Shown here: positions 6,158 through 17,701 of the stretch, in pieces
Layout: every line of letters begins with the position of its first letter
Position numbering within the stretch: the stretch's first letter is position 1
NCBI RefSeq assembly: GCF_009557235.1
Contig: NZ_CP045650.1
Span: 240,001 to 272,000, forward strand
Direction of reading: 5' to 3'
DNA length: 32,000 bases
Source: Acinetobacter wanghuae
Lineage (GTDB): Bacteria > Pseudomonadota > Gammaproteobacteria > Pseudomonadales > Moraxellaceae
Program-made: the position numbers and the translations under genes
The notes under the pieces: model-generated
The model's input: the letters and a program-made list of their open reading frames with translations, nothing else
What the model was told of the DNA's origin: nothing
Databases searched by the model: none

Positions 6158-7131
6158 ACCCGAATCCTGTTTAAGCCGATGACTCCATAATTTGAATTGT
6201 TGGCTTATTTTTATGGATCAGTTGATATGCACACAAGGACGCGTAAATCCCTCCTAGAAATCCATGAACACTACGTGCTTTGCTTGTCACTAAATTGTAC
6301 TGACCTTTCAACAAACTGAATAAAGTCTCTATCTTATTACGCTGTTTTAAGTGATATTTATCTGACTCAGAAAGTTGTGTAGCCTGCATATTTTTTCGAT
6401 GATAGGTAATTAAATCAATGCCTTGCTCTTTTAATCTAATCTTCAGTTCTTGACTAATATAGCCACGATCTCCATACAACTTTGCTTCCACCTCTTTAAC
6501 GAGTCTCTCAACCATTTTTATGTCAGCAACATGTCCATTCGATAAAGCAGAACAAGCAATTTCACCAAATTGGTTCATTGCAATGTGCAATTTACAGCCA
6601 TAAAACCAGCCCATTGAACTTTTACCACGAGATGCAATTTTAGCTAAAGATTTATGGCGTTGAATACGTTGATTTTTACAAACTGGCAGAGTTGTTGAAT
6701 CAATCCATAAATATTGTGTACCTTGGTCTTTCATCAGCACCACATGTAAAGCGTGTAGAGCCAATTGGTGCATATTGATCAGATGAATCATCCTTTGATA
6801 GCAAGGCAAATACTTAAATAAATGGTTTTTATCTTCTTTTAACCAAATGAAAAATGCTTTGAAATTATTGAAATGAGAACATTTGTACCAAATAGCGATA
6901 AAACAGATTTCTGAAATGGTTAAATGAGCAGTTCTGATTCTTAAGGAACGATTACTTTGCTTAAGAAAATTCCAGTAGGTTGCTTCAAATTTAAGAAAGA
7001 AATCATCAATTAAGCAAAATAATTCGGTACTATTAAACATCGGGACTAGAGTTTTAAGTTTTGTGTGGTAACTCAACTGATGGCTCTAGTCCTTCTATTT
7101 TTCAAGTTAATTTCTTATCCGCGATTCGGGT
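6158..7131 (-). mobile_element. IS982-family insertion sequence (974 bp)
   Basis: Terminal inverted repeats are ACCCGAATCCTGTTTAAGCC (6158->) versus the reverse complement of the right end, ACCCGAATCGCGGATAAGAA (<-7131). The first 9 positions match fully and about 14 of the first 19 overall. There is a single DDE transposase ORF, and the element is flanked by a perfect 7-bp direct repeat. Confidence 0.85.
6171..7040 (-). CDS. IS982-family DDE transposase
   Basis: ORF 6171..7076 starts at a TTG; the probable start is the ATG at 7040 (MFNSTELFCLIDDFFLKFE...). The segments ...WIDSTTLPVCKNQRIQRHK...GKSSMGWFYGCKLH...YGDRGYIS...KQRNKIETLFSLLK... match my memory of Acinetobacter IS982-family transposases (ISAba4/ISAba825-like). 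Confidence 0.85.
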   Translation of the reverse strand: MFNSTELFCLIDDFFLKFEATYWNFLKQSNRSLRIRTAHLTISEICFIAIWYKCSHFNNFKAFFIWLKEDKNHLFKYLPCYQRMIHLINMHQLALHALHVVLMKDQGTQYLWIDSTTLPVCKNQRIQRHKSLAKIASRGKSSMGWFYGCKLHIAMNQFGEIACSALSNGHVADIKMVERLVKEVEAKLYGDRGYISQELKIRLKEQGIDLITYHRKNMQATQLSESDKYHLKQRNKIETLFSLLKGQYNLVTSKARSVHGFLGGIYASLCAYQLIHKNKPTIQIMESSA

Positions 7132-7138
7132 TAAATTA
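7132..7138. repeat. Target-site duplication TAAATTA (right copy)
   Basis: See 6151..6157. Confidence 0.7.
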
Positions 7139-7205
7139 AGATTTAAACCACAAACAATTGTTTTATAAAATAAACTCCACATTAAGCGGAATTCTTTTTG
7201 TAGAA

Positions 7206-7221
7206 GTATTTAAGAATTAAA
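7206..7221. repeat. 16-bp direct repeat GTATTTAAGAATTAAA (copy 1)
   Basis: Identical to 8070..8085, which overlaps the fadA stop codon. A partial copy, GAATTTAAGAATCA, lies at 4407-4420. Confidence 0.6.
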
Positions 7222-7294
7222 TACAGTTCAATTACTGTCTCACTCTTATAATTCTACTGAATATTCTTTAAGCAAGCCATAAGAACGCAAATAT

Positions 7295-7993
7295 TTAAGG
7301 CTGATAAACAATACCTAAACCTTGAAATGGTAAAGCAATTACATCGACTGCAAGTGCAATTGGGAATAATGCAATTTTTTCCGCTAAAGGTGTGTCAGGC
7401 AAACGCTTTTTCACTTTCTCAGTTTGGTAAACACTGACTTTATAAGCCTTACTGAGCGGCTGTAGGCGCTTAATATTATTGGCGACAGGATAGATCAATC
7501 CTGAAAGTTTAAGTTCAAAGGAATTTGCCGATGATTTTGAGCCTGTACCACATGCACACGGTGCGACCCCATAGCTTTTAAAAAGTACTTGTTCCTGAGC
7601 ACTTAAACCAGAGGGTGGGGCATAGTCGAAACGAATCGTGCCTGAGAATTGATTATTTATCCCATAAGGGTGGTAAAAGCTTAAATCATGGTGAAAGCGA
7701 ATATATTTGGGGTCAAGCTGACTAAACAAAGACTGAAATGCCATTGCACCTTCGGTGATGACATAACTATATTTTTCACCTGCCACAACAACAGCATCAC
7801 TGGGTAGATCTGAAGAAGGCTGTGCAAGTTTCCCAAAAGCAACAACATTGTCTTCAATGAGCGTAACTCGTTCATAATCGTAACGATATTGCGGAGATAC
7901 TAAATCGCTGACATTGCCTCCAACTTTGGAGTTAGGCGAACACCCTGTTAAGCATAATAATGACAAACAAAGAAAAATAGTTTTTTTATACAT
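7295..7993 (-). CDS. Hypothetical lipoprotein
   Basis: 232 aa. The N-terminus MYKKTIFLCLSLLCLTGCSP carries a lipobox (L-T-G-C). I recognise no family. Confidence 0.65.
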   Translation of the reverse strand: MYKKTIFLCLSLLCLTGCSPNSKVGGNVSDLVSPQYRYDYERVTLIEDNVVAFGKLAQPSSDLPSDAVVVAGEKYSYVITEGAMAFQSLFSQLDPKYIRFHHDLSFYHPYGINNQFSGTIRFDYAPPSGLSAQEQVLFKSYGVAPCACGTGSKSSANSFELKLSGLIYPVANNIKRLQPLSKAYKVSVYQTEKVKKRLPDTPLAEKIALFPIALAVDVIALPFQGLGIVYQP

Positions 7994-8029
7994 GGTGAGT
8001 TTTTATAAGGATTTGTTTTAATCCATAGT

Positions 8030-8062
8030 AAAAAAAATCCCCGCACAAAGCGAGGATTTTTT
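8030..8062. terminator. Bidirectional-looking rho-independent terminator downstream of fadA
   Basis: A7-ATCCCCGC-ACAAA-GCGAGGAT-T5. On the minus strand it follows the fadA stop by about 20 nt. Confidence 0.7.
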
Positions 8063-8069
8063 AATCGAC

Positions 8070-9253
<1,184 letters not shown>

Positions 9254-9265
9254 TCACGTTGCTCC

Positions 9266-11419
9266 TTAACCGTAGAATTTTTTGTTGTTAGCAGCCATGT
9301 CACGCAACAATTGTGGCGCTTCATAAGCTTTACCTAAATGTGCATATTTGTCGCAAAGCGCAACGTATTCAGCAACACCTGTTTGGTCGATGTAACGTGC
9401 AGGACCACCACGGAATGGAGGGAAACCTACACCCATGATCATCGCCATATCTGCTTCAGATGGCGTTGCCACGATGTTGTCTTCTAGGCAACGAACCGTT
9501 TCATTACAGAATGCCAGCATCATACGGTCAATGATTTCTTGCGCATCAAATTCACGTTTTTCGCCTGTCACAACAGATGAAATTAACTCATACGCAGTTA
9601 GATCGACTTTCTTGGCTTTTTTGCCTTTCTTGTCCAATTCGTATTTGTAGAAACCAACGTCATTCTTTTGACCAAGACGTTTGTTTTCATACATGGTTTG
9701 AATTGAACCTTTGAAGTCCGGTTTCATACGGTCAGGGAAACCTTCCGCCATGACTTCTGCACCATGAACGCCAGTATCAATACCGACAACGTCCATCAAG
9801 TAAGCAGGACCCATTGGCCAGCCGAAGCGTTCCATCACTTTATCGATTTGCTGGAAGTCAGCACCATCTTTAAGCAATAAATCGAACGCACCGAAGTAAG
9901 GGAATAACACACGGTTTACAAGGAAGCCCGGGCAGTCGTTCACCACGATTGGGGTTTTACCCATTTTTTGCGCAAGCACAACAGTCGTCGCGATTGCCTC
10001 AGCAGATGTCTTCTCACCACGGATCACTTCCACCAAAGGCATCATGTGAACAGGGTTAAAGAAGTGCATACCCACGAAGTTTTCAGGACGCTCTAGGTTT
10101 TCAGCCAAACGCGTGATTGAAATCGTAGAGGTGTTAGACGCAATGATCGTGTTTTCACGTACTTTAGATTCAGTCTCTTTCAGTACAATGCCTTTCACTT
10201 TTGGATTTTCAGTCACTGCTTCAATGACAATGTCGACTTCTTTGAATTCGTCATAGCTTAACGTTGGACGGATGCGCGCCAGTGTTTCACCCATTTTTGC
10301 AGGGGTCATTTTTTTACGTTCAACTTGTTTGGTCAGTAAGCCATTGGCTTCTTTCATACCCAAAGCAAGTTGCGCATTACCAATATCTTTCATGATGATT
10401 GGTGTGCCTTTGCTTGCCGCTTGGTAAGCAATACCACCACCCATGATGCCCGCGCCTAGAACAGCCGCTTGCTCAACAGGGTGTGCACCTTTTTCATAAC
10501 GCTTTGAGGTTTTTTTCACAATTTGATCGTTGATGAATAGACCAATCAACGCGCCAGCTTGTGGAGTTACCGCAGCTTTGGCGAAACCTTGTGCTTCAAC
10601 TTTCAATGCTTCATTACGTGGAAGGCTTGCACCTGCTTGCAATGAGTCTAGAAGTAATTTTGGCGCAGGGTATTGAGCAGGATTGGCTTTCGCAAGCACC
10701 ACACCTTTAGATGAGTTAAACGCCATCATTTGTTCGATTGGGCTTAACTTCACAGGGTCTAATTTTTCTTGGCGTTTTGCTTTCCAATCTAAACGACCCG
10801 CGATTGCTTGTTTCACCAAGTCAATTGCAGCGTCTTGAAGTTTGTCCGCAGCAACCACAGCATCTACAGCACCGTCTTTCAGTGCAGCAGCAGGCTTTTT
10901 AGGATTTGCCATTGCCATCCATTCAACCGCGTTATCAATACCGATCACACGACTTAAACGAACTGTACCACCGAAGCCCGGGAAGATACCCAGTTTGATT
11001 TCAGGCAGACCAACAGCAGCCGCTTCTGACATCACACGATAGTCACACACGAGGCACATTTCAAAACCGCCACCCAATGCTTGACCATTGATTGCAGCAA
11101 CTTTAGGGATGTCTAAATCTTCAAACGCATTGAAGATATCGTGAACAGGCAATGCCCAATCTACAATCGCTTGTTCGCCTTGTGCGAAGTTCGCGCCGAA
11201 TTCTGTAATGTCTGCACCCACGATAAACGTAGATTTGCCAGAGGTGACGATTAAACCTTTAATGTCAGCGTTGTTTTTGACCGCATCAATTGCAGCTTTA
11301 AAGTCTTCAATTGTTGCACGGTTAAATTTGTTGACCGACTCACCTTGTAAGTCAAAGCGGAATTCTGCAATTCCGTCCGAAAGCATTTGGACGGTAATGG
11401 CATTGCCAGCGTGGATCAT
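9266..11419 (-). CDS. fadB: Fatty-acid oxidation complex alpha subunit (enoyl-CoA hydratase / 3-hydroxyacyl-CoA dehydrogenase)
   Basis: 717 aa. N-terminal crotonase fold ([10 protein letters not shown]), NAD-binding [12 protein letters not shown], and a 3HCDH C-terminal region. AAGGAG SD. Confidence 0.95.
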   Translation of the reverse strand: MIHAGNAITVQMLSDGIAEFRFDLQGESVNKFNRATIEDFKAAIDAVKNNADIKGLIVTSGKSTFIVGADITEFGANFAQGEQAIVDWALPVHDIFNAFEDLDIPKVAAINGQALGGGFEMCLVCDYRVMSEAAAVGLPEIKLGIFPGFGGTVRLSRVIGIDNAVEWMAMANPKKPAAALKDGAVDAVVAADKLQDAAIDLVKQAIAGRLDWKAKRQEKLDPVKLSPIEQMMAFNSSKGVVLAKANPAQYPAPKLLLDSLQAGASLPRNEALKVEAQGFAKAAVTPQAGALIGLFINDQIVKKTSKRYEKGAHPVEQAAVLGAGIMGGGIAYQAASKGTPIIMKDIGNAQLALGMKEANGLLTKQVERKKMTPAKMGETLARIRPTLSYDEFKEVDIVIEAVTENPKVKGIVLKETESKVRENTIIASNTSTISITRLAENLERPENFVGMHFFNPVHMMPLVEVIRGEKTSAEAIATTVVLAQKMGKTPIVVNDCPGFLVNRVLFPYFGAFDLLLKDGADFQQIDKVMERFGWPMGPAYLMDVVGIDTGVHGAEVMAEGFPDRMKPDFKGSIQTMYENKRLGQKNDVGFYKYELDKKGKKAKKVDLTAYELISSVVTGEKREFDAQEIIDRMMLAFCNETVRCLEDNIVATPSEADMAMIMGVGFPPFRGGPARYIDQTGVAEYVALCDKYAHLGKAYEAPQLLRDMAANNKKFYG

Positions 11420-11939
11420 GCCTGATCTCCTTTATTTTGGAGGACTTCTAAGTTGATGTTGTGAAGCGTTATGCGCGATTCCTGCGCATATGAATGCTTC
11501 GCCAATCTTACGATAACTATAGCGAAAAAGGACATAACAAGTTGTATCAAGCCGTGACGCAAGGGTCATCTATTTTTGCCAAAAATATTTCGCCTGTTAT
11601 GTGCTTTGCTCGCGTTTTTATAAAGCACAATGAACTAAAGATTTTGTTTCAATTCATTATTTTTGATCAATTTACTGTTTTTATATGGGGCAAATAGACA
11701 GATTTTCAAGTGAGAAAAACGCGCTGATGCTGTCAAATAAGTCAATTGAGTCTCATTTTTCATGCCTTTAAGCCAACATGCTGCCTAGATCATGAACCTT
11801 CAATTTTTATGTTTTGTATAAGTTTGGTGAATTTAACGACATTGATCGTATTTTACTGTGAACAGCGAAAACAGCGTTCTAAGATATAAAACTTGAAAGA
11901 CGTGCTTGGATCATTTTCACAACAATAAGAAGTCTTGCT

Positions 11940-13010
11940 ATGAATCCTACTGATCAATCATTAATGCAACAAATGCAGATCTCGATTATTGATATTGAAT
12001 ATCGTAAACAGCTTCTCGGACTTACAGCGCCAGAGCTGCAAGAACTAGCGCGCGTACGGTATTTGATTGAAGCGGATTTAGATCAAATGATTGAGGCGTT
12101 CTACAGTTTTCAAACCAGTATTCCTGAAATTAATAGCATTATTGGTGATGCCGATACGTTAAGACGTCTTAAAATGGCGCAACATCAATATATTTTGGAC
12201 TTATTTTCAGGCTGTTATGACAGCAATTATATTAATAACCGTCTGCGCATTGGTTTGGTACATAAGCGCATTGGGGTAGAGCCGCGCTTTTATTTGGCAG
12301 CCTTACATCATTTGAAAATACGCTTATTTGACCATATTCGCACATGTTTAGATGATCAGGCATGGGCAGATGCCATTTTGGTGAGTCTAGAAAAGCTATT
12401 TATCTTTGATATGACATTGGTGTTTGAAACCTATGTCTGGAGTTTGATTAATGAAGTGAATCACTCCAAACAAAAACTACAAGCCTATGCCAGTGCATTA
12501 GGGGTGCATGCACAGGAAATGGAAACCTTGTCACGGATTGATCCATTGACAGGTCTACTTAATGTGCGTGATTTGATCCCACTTTTAAACGAACTCATTT
12601 ATCGTGCCGAACAGAAAGGTGAACCCTTAACCTTGGTTTTTATTGATATTAACGACTTTAAAAAAATGAATGATGAATATGGGCATCTGTTCGGTGATCA
12701 AGTCATTCAGGCCGTGGCAACAGCATTAAAACAGTTTGCGCGCGATGAAGACTATTGCTTCCGTTATGGGGGTGATGAGTTTTTATTGGTTTTGCCTAAC
12801 TGTACTGAACACAGTGCTGAGCATAGTTTAATTCCACGGATTTTAGAGCAGCTTCATCTGACGCATCAACAGGTGAGTTTAAGTATAGGTATTCATCAAG
12901 TGGATGCCAAATCAGGTTATATGGACAGCTCGAGTCTGATTCGAGCAGCAGATAGTAAAATGTATGCAGTCAAAAAAAGCCTGAAAATGCAACAAACTGA
13001 ACAACATTAA
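11940..13010 (+). CDS. Globin-coupled sensor diguanylate cyclase (GGDEF)
   Basis: The N-terminal roughly 160 aa resemble sensor globins (…RLRIGLVHKRIGVEPRFYLAAL…, the proximal-His motif). The C-terminal GGDEF domain has an intact RYGGDEF and an RDED I-site 5 residues upstream. Confidence 0.8.
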   Translation: MNPTDQSLMQQMQISIIDIEYRKQLLGLTAPELQELARVRYLIEADLDQMIEAFYSFQTSIPEINSIIGDADTLRRLKMAQHQYILDLFSGCYDSNYINNRLRIGLVHKRIGVEPRFYLAALHHLKIRLFDHIRTCLDDQAWADAILVSLEKLFIFDMTLVFETYVWSLINEVNHSKQKLQAYASALGVHAQEMETLSRIDPLTGLLNVRDLIPLLNELIYRAEQKGEPLTLVFIDINDFKKMNDEYGHLFGDQVIQAVATALKQFARDEDYCFRYGGDEFLLVLPNCTEHSAEHSLIPRILEQLHLTHQQVSLSIGIHQVDAKSGYMDSSSLIRAADSKMYAVKKSLKMQQTEQH

Positions 13011-13150
13011 ACGGATCTTTTCAGTTATTCAAAAACCATCTTCTTCGTTCTATTATTGGTTGATTTTTAAATCCCTTAAATTTTTTATGTATTTCACTAT
13101 TTATGTGCTTATTTATGGTTACAATGCATTGAAACAAAGAGGGGAAAGTC

Positions 13151-13567
13151 ATGCAGCGATTTCGTTCTAAAAAAGATTGGTGGGTATGGGCTTTTATCAT
13201 CTGTATGACCGGATTGTTATTGCAGTTACTGTTGACCATGCAAGTGAAAGGTACATTGCTCCAATATCCTGTACATACCTTGGTTTATATTGTGACCATC
13301 GCGGTCATTTGGTGGCCTCTTTTAAATACTCAATATATCGTGCATGAGCAAAAACTACATATTCGCAGTCTATTTTTGAGCTGGCATATTCCGCTTGAAC
13401 ATATCAGCAAAGTGAGTAAGACGCAGAACTCGATTGCATCTCCTGCATTATCTTTAGATCGCCTAAAAATCGACTATATTGAACACGGGAAATCCAAATT
13501 TATTCTGGTATCGCCTAAAGATCAAAACGCATTTTGCCAAGCCTTAAATCGAAGCATAGAACGGTAA
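13151..13567 (+). CDS. Small membrane protein with bacterial PH-like domain
   Basis: 138 aa. Two N-terminal TM segments are followed by ...ALSLDRLKIDY..., reminiscent of bPH-domain proteins. This is a weak family call. Confidence 0.5.
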   Translation: MQRFRSKKDWWVWAFIICMTGLLLQLLLTMQVKGTLLQYPVHTLVYIVTIAVIWWPLLNTQYIVHEQKLHIRSLFLSWHIPLEHISKVSKTQNSIASPALSLDRLKIDYIEHGKSKFILVSPKDQNAFCQALNRSIER

Positions 13568-13617
13568 TGTTTTAAGACGAGGTGTTTTCTCATTAGACAG
13601 AGTCACTGGGTCAGAAG

Positions 13618-14664
13618 TTAGGATCGAATCTGCCATTGTTGATTCATATAGTCCAAAAGCAAATGCCGCTGTTCAGGATGGTTTAGAAAATGTATCGCCA
13701 GAATCGGCTCAAGTTCAGTGCGGATTTTGCGGGCTAAATGTCGTGCGCCGTAGCGAATATCATGACCTTGATAAAAAAATGCTTTTGCAGCATCTGTCAG
13801 TTGAATGCTACGCTTTTGATGTTTTAAACGTTGATTAAGTTTGTTGAGTTCAATCTCGACTAAACGAGGTAGAGCATCTTCTTGAACGGCTTGGTAATGT
13901 AGCGTCCGATCAATTCGGTTTAAAAATTCAGGGTCAAATTTGCGTTGTAAGACTTTTTCTATAACTCGTGCTGTAGGCATCTTTTTTAAGCACAGGCTTT
14001 GCATTTTTTGCGGTAAAAATTGTAATTTTTCCAAATATTGCTGCGCTGCTTGCGCACCGACATTACTGGTCATAAAGATCATGCAATTCCGAAAATCAAT
14101 GGTTTTGGTGCCCGCGGTTAACGTCAAACGTCCCGTATCTAACACATTCATGAGTCCACGAATGACTTCATTGGAGGCTTTTTCTAACTCATCGAATAGC
14201 ATAATGCCGGGTCGAGTATGTGAACCTGTAATCGCAGTTTCATCAAACAGGCTATGACCTTCCTTCGAGCCAACATAGCCCGGAGGCGCACCTGTCAGGG
14301 CTGCCGCATAGTGTTCTTGCGCGAGAGTATTCATATCAATGCGGCAAAAGGCATCGGGACGACCATAAATGGCTTCTGCAATCAGGCGCACGGTTTCAGT
14401 TTTGCCCACACCTGTTGGTCCAAGCATAAGGGTGACAGACAACGGTCGTTCAGGACTTGAAAAATCTGCTTTGACCACATGCAGCATTCTTTCAATCTCA
14501 AGCAGTGCATCATCCTGCCCAATAATGCGTTCACGTAATAATGCCATAACCTCACATGGTTCAAAATGAAAACGCGGTTTGCCCATTAAGCAATCACGCT
14601 CAGATGGCTGTTGCATTGAAAGATGTGCTTGAACATGTTTTATATCCGATGCTGATGATGTCAT
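13618..14664 (-). CDS. Stand-alone AAA+ ATPase resembling the ClpA/ClpB D2 module
   Basis: 348 aa. Features: IIGQDDAL, Walker A LGPTGVGKTE, Walker B IMLFDELEKA, sensor region MTSNVG, and a C-terminal D2-small-like segment (YGARHLAR). There is no N-domain, no D1 and no ClpP-loop context. Confidence 0.8.
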   Translation of the reverse strand: MTSSASDIKHVQAHLSMQQPSERDCLMGKPRFHFEPCEVMALLRERIIGQDDALLEIERMLHVVKADFSSPERPLSVTLMLGPTGVGKTETVRLIAEAIYGRPDAFCRIDMNTLAQEHYAAALTGAPPGYVGSKEGHSLFDETAITGSHTRPGIMLFDELEKASNEVIRGLMNVLDTGRLTLTAGTKTIDFRNCMIFMTSNVGAQAAQQYLEKLQFLPQKMQSLCLKKMPTARVIEKVLQRKFDPEFLNRIDRTLHYQAVQEDALPRLVEIELNKLNQRLKHQKRSIQLTDAAKAFFYQGHDIRYGARHLARKIRTELEPILAIHFLNHPEQRHLLLDYMNQQWQIRS

Positions 14665-14888
14665 GGGGCAAACTCAAGATTGAACGCTTTGAGCATAGCA
14701 AAGTTAAAACTTGAAATTTATAGCTTTTAACAATCGAATTATCGTTAAACAGCAGCTTAAAGTGGTACAAAACAGCAAAAGCGAAGATAACAATGACACG
14801 AACTTCGAGGTAATTTTGTGTCATTGCTTGAAAACTCACCCCAAAACATCACATTATCTGCATATAACGGTATTTGAATAGGCTTCAG

Positions 14889-16694
14889 GTGAACGAAAAC
14901 GCGCGTCCCCATATTGAAAAAATCTTAGCCAATATGACCACTCTTCCGGGGGTGTATCGTATGTATGGCAAAGACGGCGAACTGCTGTATGTGGGCAAAG
15001 CCAAAAACCTGAAAAACCGTGTGTCGAGTTATTTTGTCAAAACCATTGAGCATCCTAAGACCCAAGCTTTGGTCGCACGTATTTATGATATTCAGACTTT
15101 GGTGGTACGTTCTGAAACCGAAGCATTATTGCTTGAGCAAAATCTGATTAAGCTGCATCGTCCGCCGTATAACATTATGCTGCGTGATGATAAATCTTAC
15201 GTGTATATTTTTATCTCGAGTGATAAGCCTTATCCACGTATTGCCACCGGCCGAGGTAAAGAACAACATCAAGCGGGTAAGTTTTTTGGACCCTATCCAA
15301 GTGCATACAATGCCCGTGATACCTTGGTGGTGCTGCAGAAACTGTTTAACGTTCGCCAATGTGAAAATAGTTTTTTTGCGCAGCGTAAACGCCCTTGTTT
15401 GCAATATCAAATTAAGCGTTGCTCCGCACCGTGTGTGGGATTAATTTCGCCTGAAGACTATAAAGAAGATGTCAATAATTCCATCCGTTTTTTACAAGGT
15501 GATACCAAAGAGCTGAATCAAGAACTGATTCAAAAAATGGAACAAGCTGCGGAAGCACTCGAATTTGAAAAAGCGGTGTTTTATCGCGATCGGATGGCGC
15601 TATTGCGTGATGTTCAATCACAACAAGCCATTTATAAAGTTAAAGGTGAGGCAGATATTCTCGCGATTGCACATTATGCAGGCGTGACTTGTGTACAAAT
15701 TATGCATGTGCGGAACGGTAAAATGCTCGGTGGTAAAGGCTATTTTCCTGATATGCAAGGCGATGATTTAGGACAAATGCTGCATGATTTTATGGCGAAC
15801 TTTTACTTCCAAGTGGCGGATGAAGTACCGAGTGAATTGATTGTCAATGTCGCAGTGATCGACCAAAAATTACTAGAACAAGCCTTGTCACAGCATTTTG
15901 ATAAGAAAATTCAAATTAAAAACAACGTACGTGAAACCCGTGCAGAATGGCTTGAATTGGCAGAGATGAATGTTCAACATGCCATTAAAGGCAAACTTGC
16001 CAATCACTTTGAATTGAATGAACGTTTCCATCAACTTGAGCAAGTGGTCGGGCGTCCCATTGATCGGATTGAATGCTTTGATATTTCGCATACCATGGGC
16101 GAAGAAACAGTTGCATCTTGTGTGGTGTTTGACAGTGGTGGGATTCGTAAACGTGATTATCGTCAGTTCTCTATTCAAGACATTACGGGTGGCGATGATT
16201 ATGCTGCGATGCGTCAAGCTTTAACGCGACGTTATAAAAAAGCGATGTTACCTGATTTACTGCTGATTGATGGTGGTAAAGGTCAGCTGCACATGGCAAT
16301 GGAAGTGATGGAAGCGCTTGGACTGGCACAAGACGCCTTTATGGTCGGGGTATCGAAAGGGGAAGGGCGTAAACCGGGCTTAGAGACCTTGCATTTTACC
16401 GATGGCACAAAAATCCAATTGCCTGAAGACCATAAAGCCCTGCATTTGATTCAGCAGGTACGAGATGAAGCGCATCGCTTTGCCATTACCAAACATCGTG
16501 CTAAACGGGATAAAAAACGTGGTTCATCTATTTTAGAAGTGATCCCGGGCTTAGGTCCCAAACGCCGTCGCGATTTATTGACTCATTTTGGAGGGATTCA
16601 AGGCGTACTTAAGGCTTCTGAACATGACTTGAAAGTCGTGCCGGGTTTAGGCGATGTCATGGCACGTACCATCTATAAAGTGCTGCATGAATAA
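14889..16694 (+). CDS. uvrC: Excinuclease ABC subunit C
   Basis: GIY-YIG N-terminus ([29 protein letters not shown]), UVR domain, endonuclease V-like domain and C-terminal (HhH)2. The ORF opens at TTG 14874. The GTG at 14889 ([11 protein letters not shown]) is my preferred start, but this is uncertain. Confidence 0.93.
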   Translation: MNENARPHIEKILANMTTLPGVYRMYGKDGELLYVGKAKNLKNRVSSYFVKTIEHPKTQALVARIYDIQTLVVRSETEALLLEQNLIKLHRPPYNIMLRDDKSYVYIFISSDKPYPRIATGRGKEQHQAGKFFGPYPSAYNARDTLVVLQKLFNVRQCENSFFAQRKRPCLQYQIKRCSAPCVGLISPEDYKEDVNNSIRFLQGDTKELNQELIQKMEQAAEALEFEKAVFYRDRMALLRDVQSQQAIYKVKGEADILAIAHYAGVTCVQIMHVRNGKMLGGKGYFPDMQGDDLGQMLHDFMANFYFQVADEVPSELIVNVAVIDQKLLEQALSQHFDKKIQIKNNVRETRAEWLELAEMNVQHAIKGKLANHFELNERFHQLEQVVGRPIDRIECFDISHTMGEETVASCVVFDSGGIRKRDYRQFSIQDITGGDDYAAMRQALTRRYKKAMLPDLLLIDGGKGQLHMAMEVMEALGLAQDAFMVGVSKGEGRKPGLETLHFTDGTKIQLPEDHKALHLIQQVRDEAHRFAITKHRAKRDKKRGSSILEVIPGLGPKRRRDLLTHFGGIQGVLKASEHDLKVVPGLGDVMARTIYKVLHE

Positions 16695-16811
16695 AAAATC
16701 GCATCACATATTGATTTGCCAAAATGCTCAATGACCTGTGAGTCACCGAGCATTCACAGCAGCACAATTTTGTTGAATGATAGGGATATAACAAATACGG
16801 ATAGAAGTCTC

Positions 16812-17606
16812 ATGTCATTAATGCAGTTATATCAACAAATTGAACACAATGAATGGGTCGATATTCCTGAAGGATGGTTACAAGGGCGCACATTGTATGG
16901 TGGCTTAGCCGCAGCCATGATGATGCAAAAAGCGATTTACGCTATTGCGGATCCAAATAAACAGCTACTGAGTACCAGTCTCACCTTTGTCGGACCTATA
17001 GAACAAAGCAAAGCACGATTAACTGCTGAGATTCTGCGTGAAGGTAAGTCTGTGACCACAATTGAAGTGCGGTTATGGCAGAACGATGCCGTGCAAAGTA
17101 TTTTAATTGCAAGTTTTGGTGTGGCGCGTGAATCCAGTATTCGCGTGAACCATGAAGCACAAGCCCCTGATTATGCTGCGCCTGAAACGATGTTTACGAT
17201 TCCTGCCCAATATGGCATGCCAGAGTGCTATAACAATTTTGAAGTGGTATGGTCGGACATGAACTTACCTTGTACAGGGAGTGATCATCCTGACTTTGGC
17301 GGTTGGTGTCGTTTTCATATAGAAAAACAAGAAAATCGGTGTTTTGAAACCGCAGATTTGATGGCACTTTTTGATATTTGGCCACCCGGCGTCTTACCGA
17401 TGTTTAAACAATTGGCACCCGCAAGCAGTTTGACTTGGACAGTCACCTATGTTCATCCGATCCAACAAAATTTACATGATTGGTTTAAATATAAAGTATT
17501 TACGGACTATGCTGCAGACGGTTATGCGACTGAACATGCCCATCTATGGGATGCTGAAAATCGTTTGATTGCGATTGCTAGACAGACAGTGACAGTGTTT
17601 GCCTAG
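16812..17606 (+). CDS. Thioesterase-like (hotdog-fold, TesB-like) family protein
   Basis: ORF 16716..17606. The probable start is the ATG at 16812 (MSLMQLYQQIE...). GRTLYGGLAAAMMMQKA and a double-hotdog length suggest an acyl-CoA thioesterase-like protein. The start is uncertain. Confidence 0.55.
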   Translation: MSLMQLYQQIEHNEWVDIPEGWLQGRTLYGGLAAAMMMQKAIYAIADPNKQLLSTSLTFVGPIEQSKARLTAEILREGKSVTTIEVRLWQNDAVQSILIASFGVARESSIRVNHEAQAPDYAAPETMFTIPAQYGMPECYNNFEVVWSDMNLPCTGSDHPDFGGWCRFHIEKQENRCFETADLMALFDIWPPGVLPMFKQLAPASSLTWTVTYVHPIQQNLHDWFKYKVFTDYAADGYATEHAHLWDAENRLIAIARQTVTVFA

Positions 17607-17701
17607 TGACACCACATGCCAATTCGTATAAAGTGAAGCCTATTCATGATGGATCTTCGCGCATTAAAAGTGTGCATTTTCATCGTTCATGAGGGGAACA
17701 A

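Noticed and set aside
11494-11697. A 67-aa + ORF in the fadB / diguanylate cyclase intergenic region.
   Set aside because: It has no SD, a low-complexity AT-rich sequence and no recognisable family. The region is better explained as divergent promoter DNA. The inverted repeat ATGCGC-N7-GCGCAT at 11470-11488 was noted, but I cannot assign a regulator.
14600-14839. A 79-aa minus-strand ORF upstream of the AAA+ gene.
   Set aside because: It overlaps the AAA+ gene start and the uvrC divergent promoter region, and it has no SD or family resemblance.
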